Below, piece after piece: positions 1-7,772 of a stretch of 29,333 nucleotides of DNA. Position 1 is the first letter of the stretch; the number at the start of each line of letters is the position of its first letter. The notes beneath the pieces are model-generated. The model was not told the DNA's origin. It ran no database searches and saw only the letters and a list, made by a program, of their open reading frames with translations. The position numbers were made by a program, and so were the translations under genes. This DNA comes from Gaiellaceae bacterium (lineage in GTDB: Bacteria > Actinomycetota > Thermoleophilia > Gaiellales > Gaiellaceae), in contig DASSCD010000166.1 of assembly GCA_035698005.1 (NCBI GenBank), positions 1-29,333 on the forward strand. The letters are read 5' to 3'.

Positions 1-1
1 G

Positions 2-382
2 TTCGCAGGAGCCGTAACGGGCATCACCGGAATGGTGGCCGCCATCGTGATCATCGCTTCGGCGGATTCCGAAGGTGCAACAGCAGATCCCGTCGTGACC
101 AGGGCGGTGGCGAGTGCCTCGGCCGGGCCGTTTCTGGTCGCAGCGATGGGGTTCGCAGCTTGCCTTGGAGCTGCCGGGCTCGTCACGCTTCGCACCGGTG
201 TCTTCGCTCGGTGGACTGGCATCGTGGCGCTGATCGGGGCGGTTTCATTCCTGGTGACGTTCGTCGCGGTTCTCGACGGCCTCGGTGAGGACAGCTACTT
301 CGGCTTCGGCTTCTTTCCCGGTGTACTCGCGCTCGTGATCTGGTCGATCTCTACGAGCATCGCGAGCTACCGCGCACACTGA
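2..382 (+). CDS. Multi-pass membrane protein, 5'-truncated by the window edge
   Basis: Frame is open from base 2 (FAGAVTGITGMVAAIV...) to TGA at 380-382, with about four hydrophobic segments. No family recognised with certainty. Confidence 0.6.
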   Translation, partial: FAGAVTGITGMVAAIVIIASADSEGATADPVVTRAVASASAGPFLVAAMGFAACLGAAGLVTLRTGVFARWTGIVALIGAVSFLVTFVAVLDGLGEDSYFGFGFFPGVLALVIWSISTSIASYRAH

Positions 383-569
383 CGACGACAGCGTCTTAGC
401 CCCGCCCTTCGGCTGCCACGGGCCGCCGAGTCAGCCACAGACCCATGAGTCCAGGCCAACACCTTCGCGCCGACCGCTTCGAACCCGCTCTGCGTCTGGG
501 GTCGAACGCTACCAGTGTTGCCCGACAAGGCACCGGGTCCGGTGGAAAGGCGGAGCCTGGAAACGGCGA

Positions 570-642
570 TGGAGCGTACCGGGATCGAACCGGTGACCTC
601 CGGCTTGCAAAGCCGGCGCTCTCCCAGCTGAGCTAACGCCCC
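570..642 (-). tRNA. tRNA-Ala (anticodon UGC); CCA end not encoded
   Basis: Reverse complement reads GGGGCGTTAGCTCAGCTGGGAGAGCGCCGGCTTTGCAAGCCGGAGGTCACCGGTTCGATCCCGGTACGCTCCA (73 nt). Anticodon stem CCGGC/GCCGG encloses loop TTTGCAA; T-loop is GTTCGAT. Confidence 0.97.
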
Positions 643-652
643 GAGCGGGTCA

Positions 653-658
653 AGTGTA
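653..658 (-). promoter_or_regulatory. Putative -10 box of the tRNA-Ala promoter
   Basis: TACACT (TANNNT) lies 10 nt upstream of the tRNA 5' end on the minus strand. Confidence 0.4.
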
Positions 659-703
659 GGCGGTCACTCGGTTGGCCGGAGACCCGCGAACGCCTCCGAG
701 GCG

Positions 704-862
704 CTACTCCGGCGGAACGCGCAGCTGCCGCTCGTCCTCCATGCGCTGGATCCGGAGCCCCTCGCGACCGGTGCGGGTGAAGAGGTAGACGCCGAAGGCG
801 AAGCACACCCAGAGCACGCCTGCTCCGACGAGAAGCGCCGCGATCCCGATCATCGTCTCCAT
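704..862 (-). CDS. Small single-TM hypothetical protein (52 aa)
   Basis: METMIGIAALLVGAGVLWVCFAFGVYLFTRTGREGLRIQRMEDERQLRVPPE. AGGAGG ribosome-binding site lies 7 nt before the ATG at 862. Confidence 0.55.
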   Translation of the reverse strand: METMIGIAALLVGAGVLWVCFAFGVYLFTRTGREGLRIQRMEDERQLRVPPE

Positions 863-887
863 CACTGCACCTCCTGGTGGGCGGACG

Positions 888-1559
888 TCACGAATTCGGC
901 GGCGAGCTGCGCACGCCCTTCTGCGCGAGGTTGCGGAGGCCGCCGTCGAAGGTGCTCTCGCCTGCCTCCCGGGTCTCGCGCTCGAGTCGGCGAAGACGCT
1001 CGTCGAGCTCGTCGAGGGCGGCGCGGTCGAGATCGTGCCCCGCGCTCTTCGCGCCCGCCCGGCGACGCTCGAGCAACTCGGCCTCGCGGCGCGCGAGATC
1101 GTCGCTCTGCGCGGCGAGTTCGGCCTGGCTGCGCGCGAAGGCCTTCTCGGCCTCCTGGAGCTGGACGAGCCGGGCCTCGACCTCGCGGAGCCGCTTCTGC
1201 GCGTCGGCGTCTCCTGCTCTGCGGGCGAGCTCCGCCTCCTCCTGGACGATCGCGCGCTCCCGCGCGGCAAGCTCCTCCTCGCGCCGGTTCAGCTCGTGCG
1301 CGCGGGCGGCCAGGCCGATCTGGGCATGCTCGAACGCACCCTCGGCGCCGGCCGGGAGCCGGCCGTCTCGCTGCGTGATCTGCGCGAGCGCGTCCGCGAG
1401 CTCGCGCTCCTTGCGCTCGACGGAGGCCACGCGCTCCCCCAGCTCACGTCGGAGCCGGCCGAGCTCCTCCTCGGCCGCTCTGCGGATCGCGCGCACGCGC
1501 TCGAACTCGGTCTCCACCGAGTCCCTGGTCGGAGCATCACGTTCGCCGAAGATGGCCAC
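888..1559 (-). CDS. Coiled-coil hypothetical protein (223 aa)
   Basis: E/R/A/L-rich heptad pattern and genome-typical codons. TATCAT -10 box lies 6 nt before the GTG (leaderless-type). Confidence 0.7.
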   Translation of the reverse strand: MAIFGERDAPTRDSVETEFERVRAIRRAAEEELGRLRRELGERVASVERKERELADALAQITQRDGRLPAGAEGAFEHAQIGLAARAHELNRREEELAARERAIVQEEAELARRAGDADAQKRLREVEARLVQLQEAEKAFARSQAELAAQSDDLARREAELLERRRAGAKSAGHDLDRAALDELDERLRRLERETREAGESTFDGGLRNLAQKGVRSSPPNS

Positions 1560-1608
1560 GCGTCGATGATATGCGCGACGCGCGCGTTCTCCTGCTTCCG
1601 CCTTACGA

Positions 1609-1848
1609 CTACGCGGCGCGCTCGAGGCGCTCTTCGGCCCGCGCCCGGCGGACGATCTCCTCGCGCTCGCCGAAGCGGAGCCGGGCCTTCTCCATGCGAA
1701 GGGACTGCCAGAGCTCCTGCAGCCGGGCGTCGATGTCCTTGATCTCGTCCTTCACCGCCGGATCGAGCCCGTCGGAGAGCCGCTGCCAGAGCTCCTGGCG
1801 CTCCTCCGAGAGCTGCTCGATCGTGTCATGGATCTGATTCGGGGTCAC
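1609..1848 (-). CDS. Small helical protein, reminiscent of the DUF2630 family (79 aa)
   Basis: IHDTIEQLSEERQELW...LQELWQSLRMEKARLRFG. AGGAG ribosome-binding site precedes the GTG. Family call is by resemblance only. Confidence 0.7.
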   Translation of the reverse strand: MTPNQIHDTIEQLSEERQELWQRLSDGLDPAVKDEIKDIDARLQELWQSLRMEKARLRFGEREEIVRRARAEERLERAA

Positions 1849-1905
1849 GACTCTCCTAACGACTCGCTCGCGACCGGAATTCCCAGGCCCAAACCCGTTG
1901 AAACC

Positions 1906-2232
1906 TCACTCGTAGCCGAGCTCGGCAATGCGTTCCTCGTCGAGGCCGAAGTAGTGCGCGAGCTCGTGCAGGACCGTGATTCGGATCTCCTCGCGCAGCT
2001 CGTCGGGGTCGTCGAAGCTCTCCTCGAGCGGGATGCGGTAGATCGAGATCTTGTCGGGGAGGAGTCCGCTCGTGTCACCCCGCTCCGGCAGCGGCACGCC
2101 GTGGTAGAGGCCGAAGAGGTCGGGGTCCTCGGGGTTCTCGTCCTCCACGACGACGGCGACGTTCTCGAGCGCGCCCGCGATGTGCGGCGGGAGCTCGTCG
2201 AGCGCGGCTCGGACCTCCTCCTCGAACGCCAC
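1906..2232 (-). CDS. Zinicin-like (minimal HEXXH) metallopeptidase
   Basis: LFGLYHGVPL...DKISIYRIP...TVLHELAHYFG carries the HExxH motif. TAGCAT -10 box lies 6 nt before the GTG. Confidence 0.9.
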   Translation of the reverse strand: MAFEEEVRAALDELPPHIAGALENVAVVVEDENPEDPDLFGLYHGVPLPERGDTSGLLPDKISIYRIPLEESFDDPDELREEIRITVLHELAHYFGLDEERIAELGYE

Positions 2233-2257
2233 GCGGGAATGCTACTCGCCGCACTAA

Positions 2258-2287
2258 CTTGCATAGGAGCGACTAAAGTTTCATAAT
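2258..2287 (+). promoter_or_regulatory. sigma-70-type promoter of hsp20 overlapped by a HAIR-like (HspR) operator
   Basis: TTGCAT (2259-2264), 17 nt, CATAAT (2282-2287). CTTGCAT-N7-ACTAAAG (2258-2278) compares with the HAIR consensus CTTGAGT-N7-ACTCAAG. Confidence 0.7.
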
Positions 2288-2323
2288 GGAAGAGCAAACA
2301 GATCGACCAAGGAGGGAATCTCC

Positions 2324-2779
2324 ATGACGACTCTGGTTCGCTGGGAGCCGTTCCGTGAGTTGGCTTCCTTCCAGAACGAGATGAGCAGGTGGATGAACGG
2401 GCTCCTCGACGGTCCTGGCCGGGTCACCCAGAACTGGGTCCCGTCGCTGGACGTCTGGGAGACCGACTCGGAGGTCGTGTACGCGTTCGACCTTCCGGGG
2501 ATCCCGCAGGACAGGATCTCGATCGAGGTCAAGGAGGACACGCTCACGGTGACGGCCGAGCGCGAGAAGACGGAGGAGAGCTCGGAGGAGGGCTTCTACC
2601 GCTACGAGCGCCGGTATGGCACGTTCGCACGGGCGGTCGGGCTTCCTCCGGGTGTCGACCAGGACCACATCTCGGCGAGTTACGACAACGGCGTCCTCGA
2701 GATCCGCGTTCCGAAGCCCGAGGAGCAGAAGCCGCGCCGGATCGCGCTCTCGAAGACCGTCGAGTCGACGGCGAAGTGA
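2324..2779 (+). CDS. hsp20: Small heat shock protein, Hsp20/alpha-crystallin family
   Basis: N-terminal RWEPFRE, then LDVWET...DLPG...ERRYGTFARAVGLP...ASYDNGVLEIRVPK. AAGGAGG ribosome-binding site. Confidence 0.95.
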   Translation: MTTLVRWEPFRELASFQNEMSRWMNGLLDGPGRVTQNWVPSLDVWETDSEVVYAFDLPGIPQDRISIEVKEDTLTVTAEREKTEESSEEGFYRYERRYGTFARAVGLPPGVDQDHISASYDNGVLEIRVPKPEEQKPRRIALSKTVESTAK

Positions 2780-2803
2780 CGCTCGTCCAGGCGGCGTGAA
2801 CCA

Positions 2804-2826
2804 GGGGGCCGGCTCGACCGGCCCCC
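2804..2826 (+). terminator. GC hairpin after hsp20 (terminator without a U-tract)
   Basis: GGGGGCCGG-CTCGA-CCGGCCCCC forms a perfect 9-bp stem 24 nt after the hsp20 stop. Confidence 0.6.
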
Positions 2827-2855
2827 ACCGCATCGCACCTCGCTAGAGTCGGGCC

Positions 2856-3383
2856 GTGGCCTCTTTCGCGGAGACGCTGAACGAGCAGATCGGCCACGAG
2901 TTCGCCGCCTCGCAGCAGTACGTCGCGATCGCCGTCTACTACGACTCGGAGAACCTCCCGCAGCTCGCCGCGCACTTCTACCGCCAGGCGGTCGAGGAGC
3001 GCAACCACGCGATGATGATGGTGCAGTACCTGCTGGACGCGGACCGCGACGTCGCGATCCCCGGGATCGCTGCGCCGCAGACCGCGTTCGGCGACGCGGT
3101 GGCGCCCGTGTCGCTCGCGCTCGAGCAGGAGAAGCGCGTGACGGATCAGATCGTCGAGCTCGTCAAGCTCGCACGGGACGAGGGCGAGCTCGTCGGCGAG
3201 CAGTTCCTCCACTGGTTCCTACAGGAGCAGCGCGAGGAGGTCGCCTCGATGACCGAGCTGCTCGCGGTCGTCGAGCGCGGGAGGGGCAACCTGCTCCAGG
3301 TCGAGGAGCACGTCGCCCGGACGGCCGGCGGTGAGAACCCGCTCGAGGCCGGTGCGCCACCCGCCGCCGGCGGCGCGCTCTGA
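2856..3383 (+). CDS. ftnA: Non-heme ferritin
   Basis: Ferroxidase-centre pattern: HEFAASQQY, AVEERNHA, LEQEKRVT, WFLQEQREE. TAGAGT -10 box lies 6 nt before the GTG. Confidence 0.92.
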   Translation: MASFAETLNEQIGHEFAASQQYVAIAVYYDSENLPQLAAHFYRQAVEERNHAMMMVQYLLDADRDVAIPGIAAPQTAFGDAVAPVSLALEQEKRVTDQIVELVKLARDEGELVGEQFLHWFLQEQREEVASMTELLAVVERGRGNLLQVEEHVARTAGGENPLEAGAPPAAGGAL

Positions 3384-3384
3384 C

Positions 3385-3783
3385 GTGCGCGAGATCCGGC
3401 TCAGGACCGAGCGCCGGACCGAGCTCGTCGAGATCACACGCCAGGTGCGCGAGGTCGTCGCTGGCGAGCGCGGGTCGGCGGTTCTCGTGTACGTGCCGCA
3501 CACGACCGCCGGCGTCACCATCAACGAGCATGCGGATCCCGCGGTCGCCCGTGACCTCGAGTCCTCGCACGAGCGGATCGTCGACGACGGCTGGCCGTGG
3601 GAGCACGTCGAGCCGGGGGAGGAGAACGCGCCGGCGCACATCCGCGCCTCGCTCGTCGGGTCCAGCGTCGTCGTCCCGCTCGTGGGCGTGGGCTCAATCG
3701 AGCTCGGGGTCTGGCAGGGCATCTTCTTCTGCGAGTTCGACGGCCCGCGCGACCGGCAGGTCTACGTCAGCGTCCTGCAGTAG
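3385..3783 (+). CDS. yjbQ: YjbQ/UPF0047 family protein (secondary thiamine-phosphate synthase-like)
   Basis: VPHTTAGVTINE, NAPAHIRASL and LGVWQGIFFCEFDGPRDR motifs. GTG is 1 nt after the ferritin stop. Confidence 0.9.
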   Translation: MREIRLRTERRTELVEITRQVREVVAGERGSAVLVYVPHTTAGVTINEHADPAVARDLESSHERIVDDGWPWEHVEPGEENAPAHIRASLVGSSVVVPLVGVGSIELGVWQGIFFCEFDGPRDRQVYVSVLQ

Positions 3784-3827
3784 GCCAGGCCGCCCGACGC
3801 GCGTTGCCCGACTCGTAAGCTGCGTCC

Positions 3828-4727
3828 GTGATCGAAGTCGAGAGCCTCACGAAGCGGTACGGCTCGACGCTCGCCGTCGACGACCTCTCGTTCACGGTCG
3901 CCCCGGGCACGGTGACCGGGTTCCTGGGGCCGAACGGCGCCGGGAAGTCGACGACGCTGCGCGCGCTCCTCGGGCTCGTGCACCCGACCTCGGGGCGCAC
4001 CGCGGTCCTCGGCGTGCCGTACGCGGGGCTCGCCGGCGTCGCCCACCGCGTCGGTGCGGTCCTCGAGACGTTCGACGCGCATCCGGGCCGGTCGGGTCGA
4101 AATCACCTGCGCGTGCTGGCGACGGCTGCCGGGATCGCGACCTCCCGGGTCGACGAGCTGCTCGAGCTGGTCGAGCTGACCGGGGCGGCGCGTCGCCGTG
4201 CGAAGGGGTACTCCCTGGGCATGCGCCAGCGGCTCGGGCTGGCGGCCGCGCTCCTCGGCGACCCGGAGGTGCTCGTGCTCGACGAGCCCGCGAACGGGCT
4301 CGACCCGCAGGGGATCAGGTGGCTCCGCGACCTGCTGCGCTCGCTCGCTGCCGAGGGCCGGACCGTGCTCCTCTCGAGCCACGTCCTCGCCGAGATCGCG
4401 CAGACCGTGGACGAGGTCGTGATCATCCACCGTGGCCGGCTCGTCCGACAGGCGACGATGGCCGAGGTCGAGGCGATGGCGGCCGGTGAGGCCCGCGTTC
4501 GCACTCCCGAGCCTGCGCGCCTGGCCGAGGCGCTCGCCTGCTCCGGCCTCCTCTCCCATGCGATCGGCGACGGGGCGCTCGGAGTCGTGGCGCCGCCGGA
4601 GCGCGTGGGTGAGGTCGCCGCGGCGAACGGGATCGTCCTCCACGAGCTGACGACGGAGCGCGCGACCCTCGAGGAGGTCTTCCTCAGCCTGACCGACTCG
4701 GGCGCCGGCGAGGGCTCCGGCGAGTGA
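3828..4727 (+). CDS. ABC transporter ATP-binding protein (ABC-2 exporter)
   Basis: Walker A GPNGAGKST, signature YSLGMRQR, Walker B LVLDEP, H-loop SSH. Confidence 0.95.
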   Translation: MIEVESLTKRYGSTLAVDDLSFTVAPGTVTGFLGPNGAGKSTTLRALLGLVHPTSGRTAVLGVPYAGLAGVAHRVGAVLETFDAHPGRSGRNHLRVLATAAGIATSRVDELLELVELTGAARRRAKGYSLGMRQRLGLAAALLGDPEVLVLDEPANGLDPQGIRWLRDLLRSLAAEGRTVLLSSHVLAEIAQTVDEVVIIHRGRLVRQATMAEVEAMAAGEARVRTPEPARLAEALACSGLLSHAIGDGALGVVAPPERVGEVAAANGIVLHELTTERATLEEVFLSLTDSGAGEGSGE

Positions 4728-5470
4728 CAGCGCTCGTCGCAGCCGAGCTCCTCAAGTTCCGCACGACGCGCACCGCGATCGGGGTGCTCCTCGCCGCGCT
4801 CGGGCTCGTGGCGGTCGCAACCGCCGGGACCATCGGCACGGCCGAGGAGAACGCGCTCGGGACGTCGCAGCTGACGCAGGACACGGTGTCGAGCGCGCTC
4901 TTCGCCACCCTCGTCGCCTTCATCGTCGGGATCCTCTCGGTGACCGTCGAGTGGCGGCACGGGACGGTGACGAGAACGTTCCTCGTGACTCCCCGTCGCG
5001 GACGAGTGCTCGTCGCGAAGGAGATCTGGATGGCGATCTTCTCGGCAGGCCTCGCGGTGCTGGGGCTCGTCCTCGTCCTCGTCATCGCGGTGCCCTGGCT
5101 CGAGCTCAGGGACACCTCGCTCGTTCTCGATCGCGACGCTGCCTCGCTCGCTGGGCGGACGGTGCTCGCGGCGATGCTCTGGGGCACGCTCGGCGTCGGC
5201 GTCGGCGCGGTCGTCCAGAGCCAGACCCCCGCGCTCGTCGGCGCGATCCTCTGGATCCTCCTCGCCGAGGTCCTCATCGGCGCGCTGCTCGGCCTCGTCG
5301 ACCTCGAGGGCGTCGCCGACTACCTCCCGGGTCGGGCGCTGTCGGCCTTCGACGGGACGATCGAGGACGAGGGTCTCTCTCGAGCCGCCGCGGGCGCGGT
5401 CGGGCTCGGGTGGGTGGTCGGGCTCGGAGCGCTCGGCTGGCTTCGCATGTCCCGGCAGGACGTGACCTGA
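4724..5470 (+). CDS. ABC-2 transporter permease
   Basis: About six TM segments and the motif VTVEWRHGTVTRTFLVTPRR. GTGA overlap with the ATPase gene. Confidence 0.9.
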   Translation: MTALVAAELLKFRTTRTAIGVLLAALGLVAVATAGTIGTAEENALGTSQLTQDTVSSALFATLVAFIVGILSVTVEWRHGTVTRTFLVTPRRGRVLVAKEIWMAIFSAGLAVLGLVLVLVIAVPWLELRDTSLVLDRDAASLAGRTVLAAMLWGTLGVGVGAVVQSQTPALVGAILWILLAEVLIGALLGLVDLEGVADYLPGRALSAFDGTIEDEGLSRAAAGAVGLGWVVGLGALGWLRMSRQDVT

Positions 5471-5492
5471 GACCGCGGGTACGCTGGCCGCA

Positions 5493-6857
5493 ATGGCCGC
5501 GCCCGTGCGCAAGGGGGAGGAGCTCGAGCTCCGGGTCGACTCGCTCGCCTACGGCGGGAACGGCGTCGGTCGCGTGGACGGCTTCGTCGTCTTCGTCCGC
5601 GGCGGCCTCCCCGGCGACCGCGTGCGTGCGCGGGTGACGAAGACGAAGCGCGGGTTCGCCGAGGCGATCGCCGAGTCGGTCCTCGAGCCCTCGAGCGAGC
5701 GCGTCGAGGCGCCGTGCCGTCACTTCGGCGTCTGCGGCGGCTGCCGCTTCCAGGACCTCGCGTACGAGTCGCAGCTCGCCGCCAAGGAGCAGCAGGTGCG
5801 CGACGCGCTCGTCCGCATCGGGCGCATACCGGAGCCTCCGCTCGAGCCGATCGTTCCCGCCGAGTCGGTGTACGGGTACCGCAACAAGCTCGAATACTCG
5901 TTCTCGGCGGGCGAGGGCGGCCTCGAGCTCGGGTTCCATCGCGCCGGTCGCTGGGACGAGGTCGTCGACATCGAGGAGTGCCTCCTGACGACCGACCTCG
6001 GCAACGCGATCAGGCTCGCGGTACGCGGGTGGGCCCGGGAGGAGAAGCTCGAGCCGTACGACCAGGCGACCGGGAACGGCTATCTCCGCCACCTCGTCGT
6101 CCGCGAGGGCAGGAACACCGGACAGGCGCTCGTGCTGCTCGTGACCGCGCCCGGCGAGCGGTTCGAGAGCGGCTACCTCGTCGACGTCCTCCGGAGATTC
6201 CCGGAGGTGCGCTCGGTGCACTGGGCGATCAACGACACGCCCGCCGAGCGGACCAACCTCCCGTCGCTCCTGCTCTGGGGAGAGGAAGCGATCGAGGAGG
6301 AGATCCTCGGTCTCCGCTTCCGCCTGCGCCCGAGCGCCTTCCTGCAGACGAACACCGGGATGGCGGAGCGCCTCTACTCCCTCGCTCGGGAATACGCCGC
6401 GCTCACTGGGACGGAAAACGTGCTCGACCTCTACTGCGGCACCGGCACGATCGCCCTCGCGCTCGCCGGCGACAGCGCCGCGATGTGGGGGCTCGAGATC
6501 TCGGAGGAGGCGGTCGCCTGCGCGATCGAGAACGCAGAGCTGAACGGCATCGCGAATACCCATTTCTTCGCGGGCAACGTGGGGCAGACGCTCGACGAGC
6601 TGGTCGAGCGGTCCGGGAAGCCGGACGTCGTCGTCGTCGACCCGCCGCGGGCGGGACTCGCTGGGAAGGCGCTCCGGCGGACGGGCGCGCTCGGCGCAGA
6701 GCGCGTCGTCTACGTGTCCTGCAACCCGACGACGCTCGCCTCGGACGTCCAGGTCCTGCGCGACGAGTTCGGCTACGCCCTCCGCCGCTGTCGTCCGGTC
6801 GACATGTTCCCCCACACGCCGCACGTCGAGTCGGTCTCCCTCCTCGAACGTGGGTGA
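5493..6857 (+). CDS. rlmD: 23S rRNA (uracil-C5)-methyltransferase, RlmD/RumA family
   Basis: N-terminal TRAM domain, Fe-S cysteines CRHFGVCGGC, LDLYCGTG, VVDPPRAG, YVSCNP and DMFPHTPHVE. Confidence 0.95.
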   Translation: MAAPVRKGEELELRVDSLAYGGNGVGRVDGFVVFVRGGLPGDRVRARVTKTKRGFAEAIAESVLEPSSERVEAPCRHFGVCGGCRFQDLAYESQLAAKEQQVRDALVRIGRIPEPPLEPIVPAESVYGYRNKLEYSFSAGEGGLELGFHRAGRWDEVVDIEECLLTTDLGNAIRLAVRGWAREEKLEPYDQATGNGYLRHLVVREGRNTGQALVLLVTAPGERFESGYLVDVLRRFPEVRSVHWAINDTPAERTNLPSLLLWGEEAIEEEILGLRFRLRPSAFLQTNTGMAERLYSLAREYAALTGTENVLDLYCGTGTIALALAGDSAAMWGLEISEEAVACAIENAELNGIANTHFFAGNVGQTLDELVERSGKPDVVVVDPPRAGLAGKALRRTGALGAERVVYVSCNPTTLASDVQVLRDEFGYALRRCRPVDMFPHTPHVESVSLLERG

Positions 6858-6884
6858 CCGTCACCGCAGGTGACTGTCACCTGC
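6853..6884. repeat. Tandem REP-like palindromes at the convergent junction of rlmD and the membrane gene
   Basis: GGTGAC-C-GTCACC (6853-6865) is immediately followed by GCAGGTGAC-T-GTCACCTGC (6866-6884). Confidence 0.65.
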
Positions 6885-7736
6885 TTCGGTCCGCCCCCTC
6901 CACGCCGCGCGCACGTCGCGCCACAAGAGGTCCGCGTTCGGCGCGAGGAAGCCGAGGCAGACCGCCGGCAGCGCGGGTAGGCCGGGCGCGTCGTCCCAGG
7001 TCCACACGAGTGCGAGGGTGACGGAGAGAAGAGCGGTCATCGCGGCCCAGGTCCAGGGGACGCGCAGGCGGAAGCGGTCGGCGGCGGCGAGGAGGAGCGC
7101 GAAGAAGAGGATGTCCGGCGGGCCGATGTTCACGGTGGCCGTCTCGCCGGGGCTCGGGAACGCGACCGCGAGCCGTTCGAAGATGCCCGGCTGCTCCTCG
7201 ACGACGTAGCGGGTCGGCCCGGCGACGACGGACCAGATGTCGGCCCACGGTACGACGAGCGTGATCAGCGTCACCCACCACAACTCCTCGAAGAGCGTGA
7301 GGAACCAGAAGCCGACGAGCGCGTAGCAGGCGAGCTTGGCGACGTTCGCTGCCGACCCCATGTCGACCGCGGAGAGGACGAGCGCCGAGGCGCCGGCGGT
7401 CACGGCCGTGACGGCGAGGAGCCCACTCGAGCCACGGGCGAGGGGGAGCGCGAGCCAGATCGCGGCGGCGAAGAACGGGAAGACGAGCGCGCTGTGGAAG
7501 GCGACATCGACGCCCGAGGGGAGCTCCGGGAGCTTCGCCGCGACAGCGCCATAGGCGACGAGTGCCGCGAGCGAGGCGCCGAGGGCGGTGAGGCGACCGG
7601 GGCCTAGATGGTTGATCGGCAACCCCTCGCCGCGCGGCTGGTGGCCGAGACTCATCGCTGGCTGGCGCCGCCCTCCCTCGCCCGTATTCCCGATACGTGC
7701 TCGGTCGGGCGGCGTCCCCAGCTTGGTCTCGGCCAT
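6861..7736 (-). CDS. Polytopic membrane protein with presenilin/signal-peptide-peptidase-like motifs; first ~44 codons derive from the inserted 169-bp element
   Basis: About 8-9 hydrophobic segments with WADIWSV, NIGPPDILFF and a C-terminal LPALP. True start is uncertain. Confidence 0.7.
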   Translation of the reverse strand: MAETKLGTPPDRARIGNTGEGGRRQPAMSLGHQPRGEGLPINHLGPGRLTALGASLAALVAYGAVAAKLPELPSGVDVAFHSALVFPFFAAAIWLALPLARGSSGLLAVTAVTAGASALVLSAVDMGSAANVAKLACYALVGFWFLTLFEELWWVTLITLVVPWADIWSVVAGPTRYVVEEQPGIFERLAVAFPSPGETATVNIGPPDILFFALLLAAADRFRLRVPWTWAAMTALLSVTLALVWTWDDAPGLPALPAVCLGFLAPNADLLWRDVRAAWRGRTEAGDSHLR

Positions 7737-7772
7737 CCCCGCATCGACGGCGATTACCGATCAACCATCTAG
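7604..7772. mobile_element. 169-bp CTAG-bounded palindromic element (MITE-like), copy 1
   Basis: Perfect 16-bp terminal inverted repeat CTAGATGGTTGATCGG/CCGATCAACCATCTAG plus nested internal inverted repeats. Colinear with 23364-23532 (23 mismatches, no gaps, by manual alignment). Confidence 0.8.

Noticed and set aside
383-569. Possible ncRNA or ORF (445-636) between the first gene and the tRNA, with a GAAA-looped stem
   Set aside because: No match to SRP, RNase P, tmRNA or 6C features that I can recognise. The stems are short, and the ORF runs antisense through the tRNA.
7608-7772. 54-aa ATG-to-TAG ORF spanning each 169-bp element (also 23368-23532)
   Set aside because: Substitutions between the copies are spread evenly over codon positions (9/7/7), and open frames are easy to find at this GC content. 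Not reported as a CDS.
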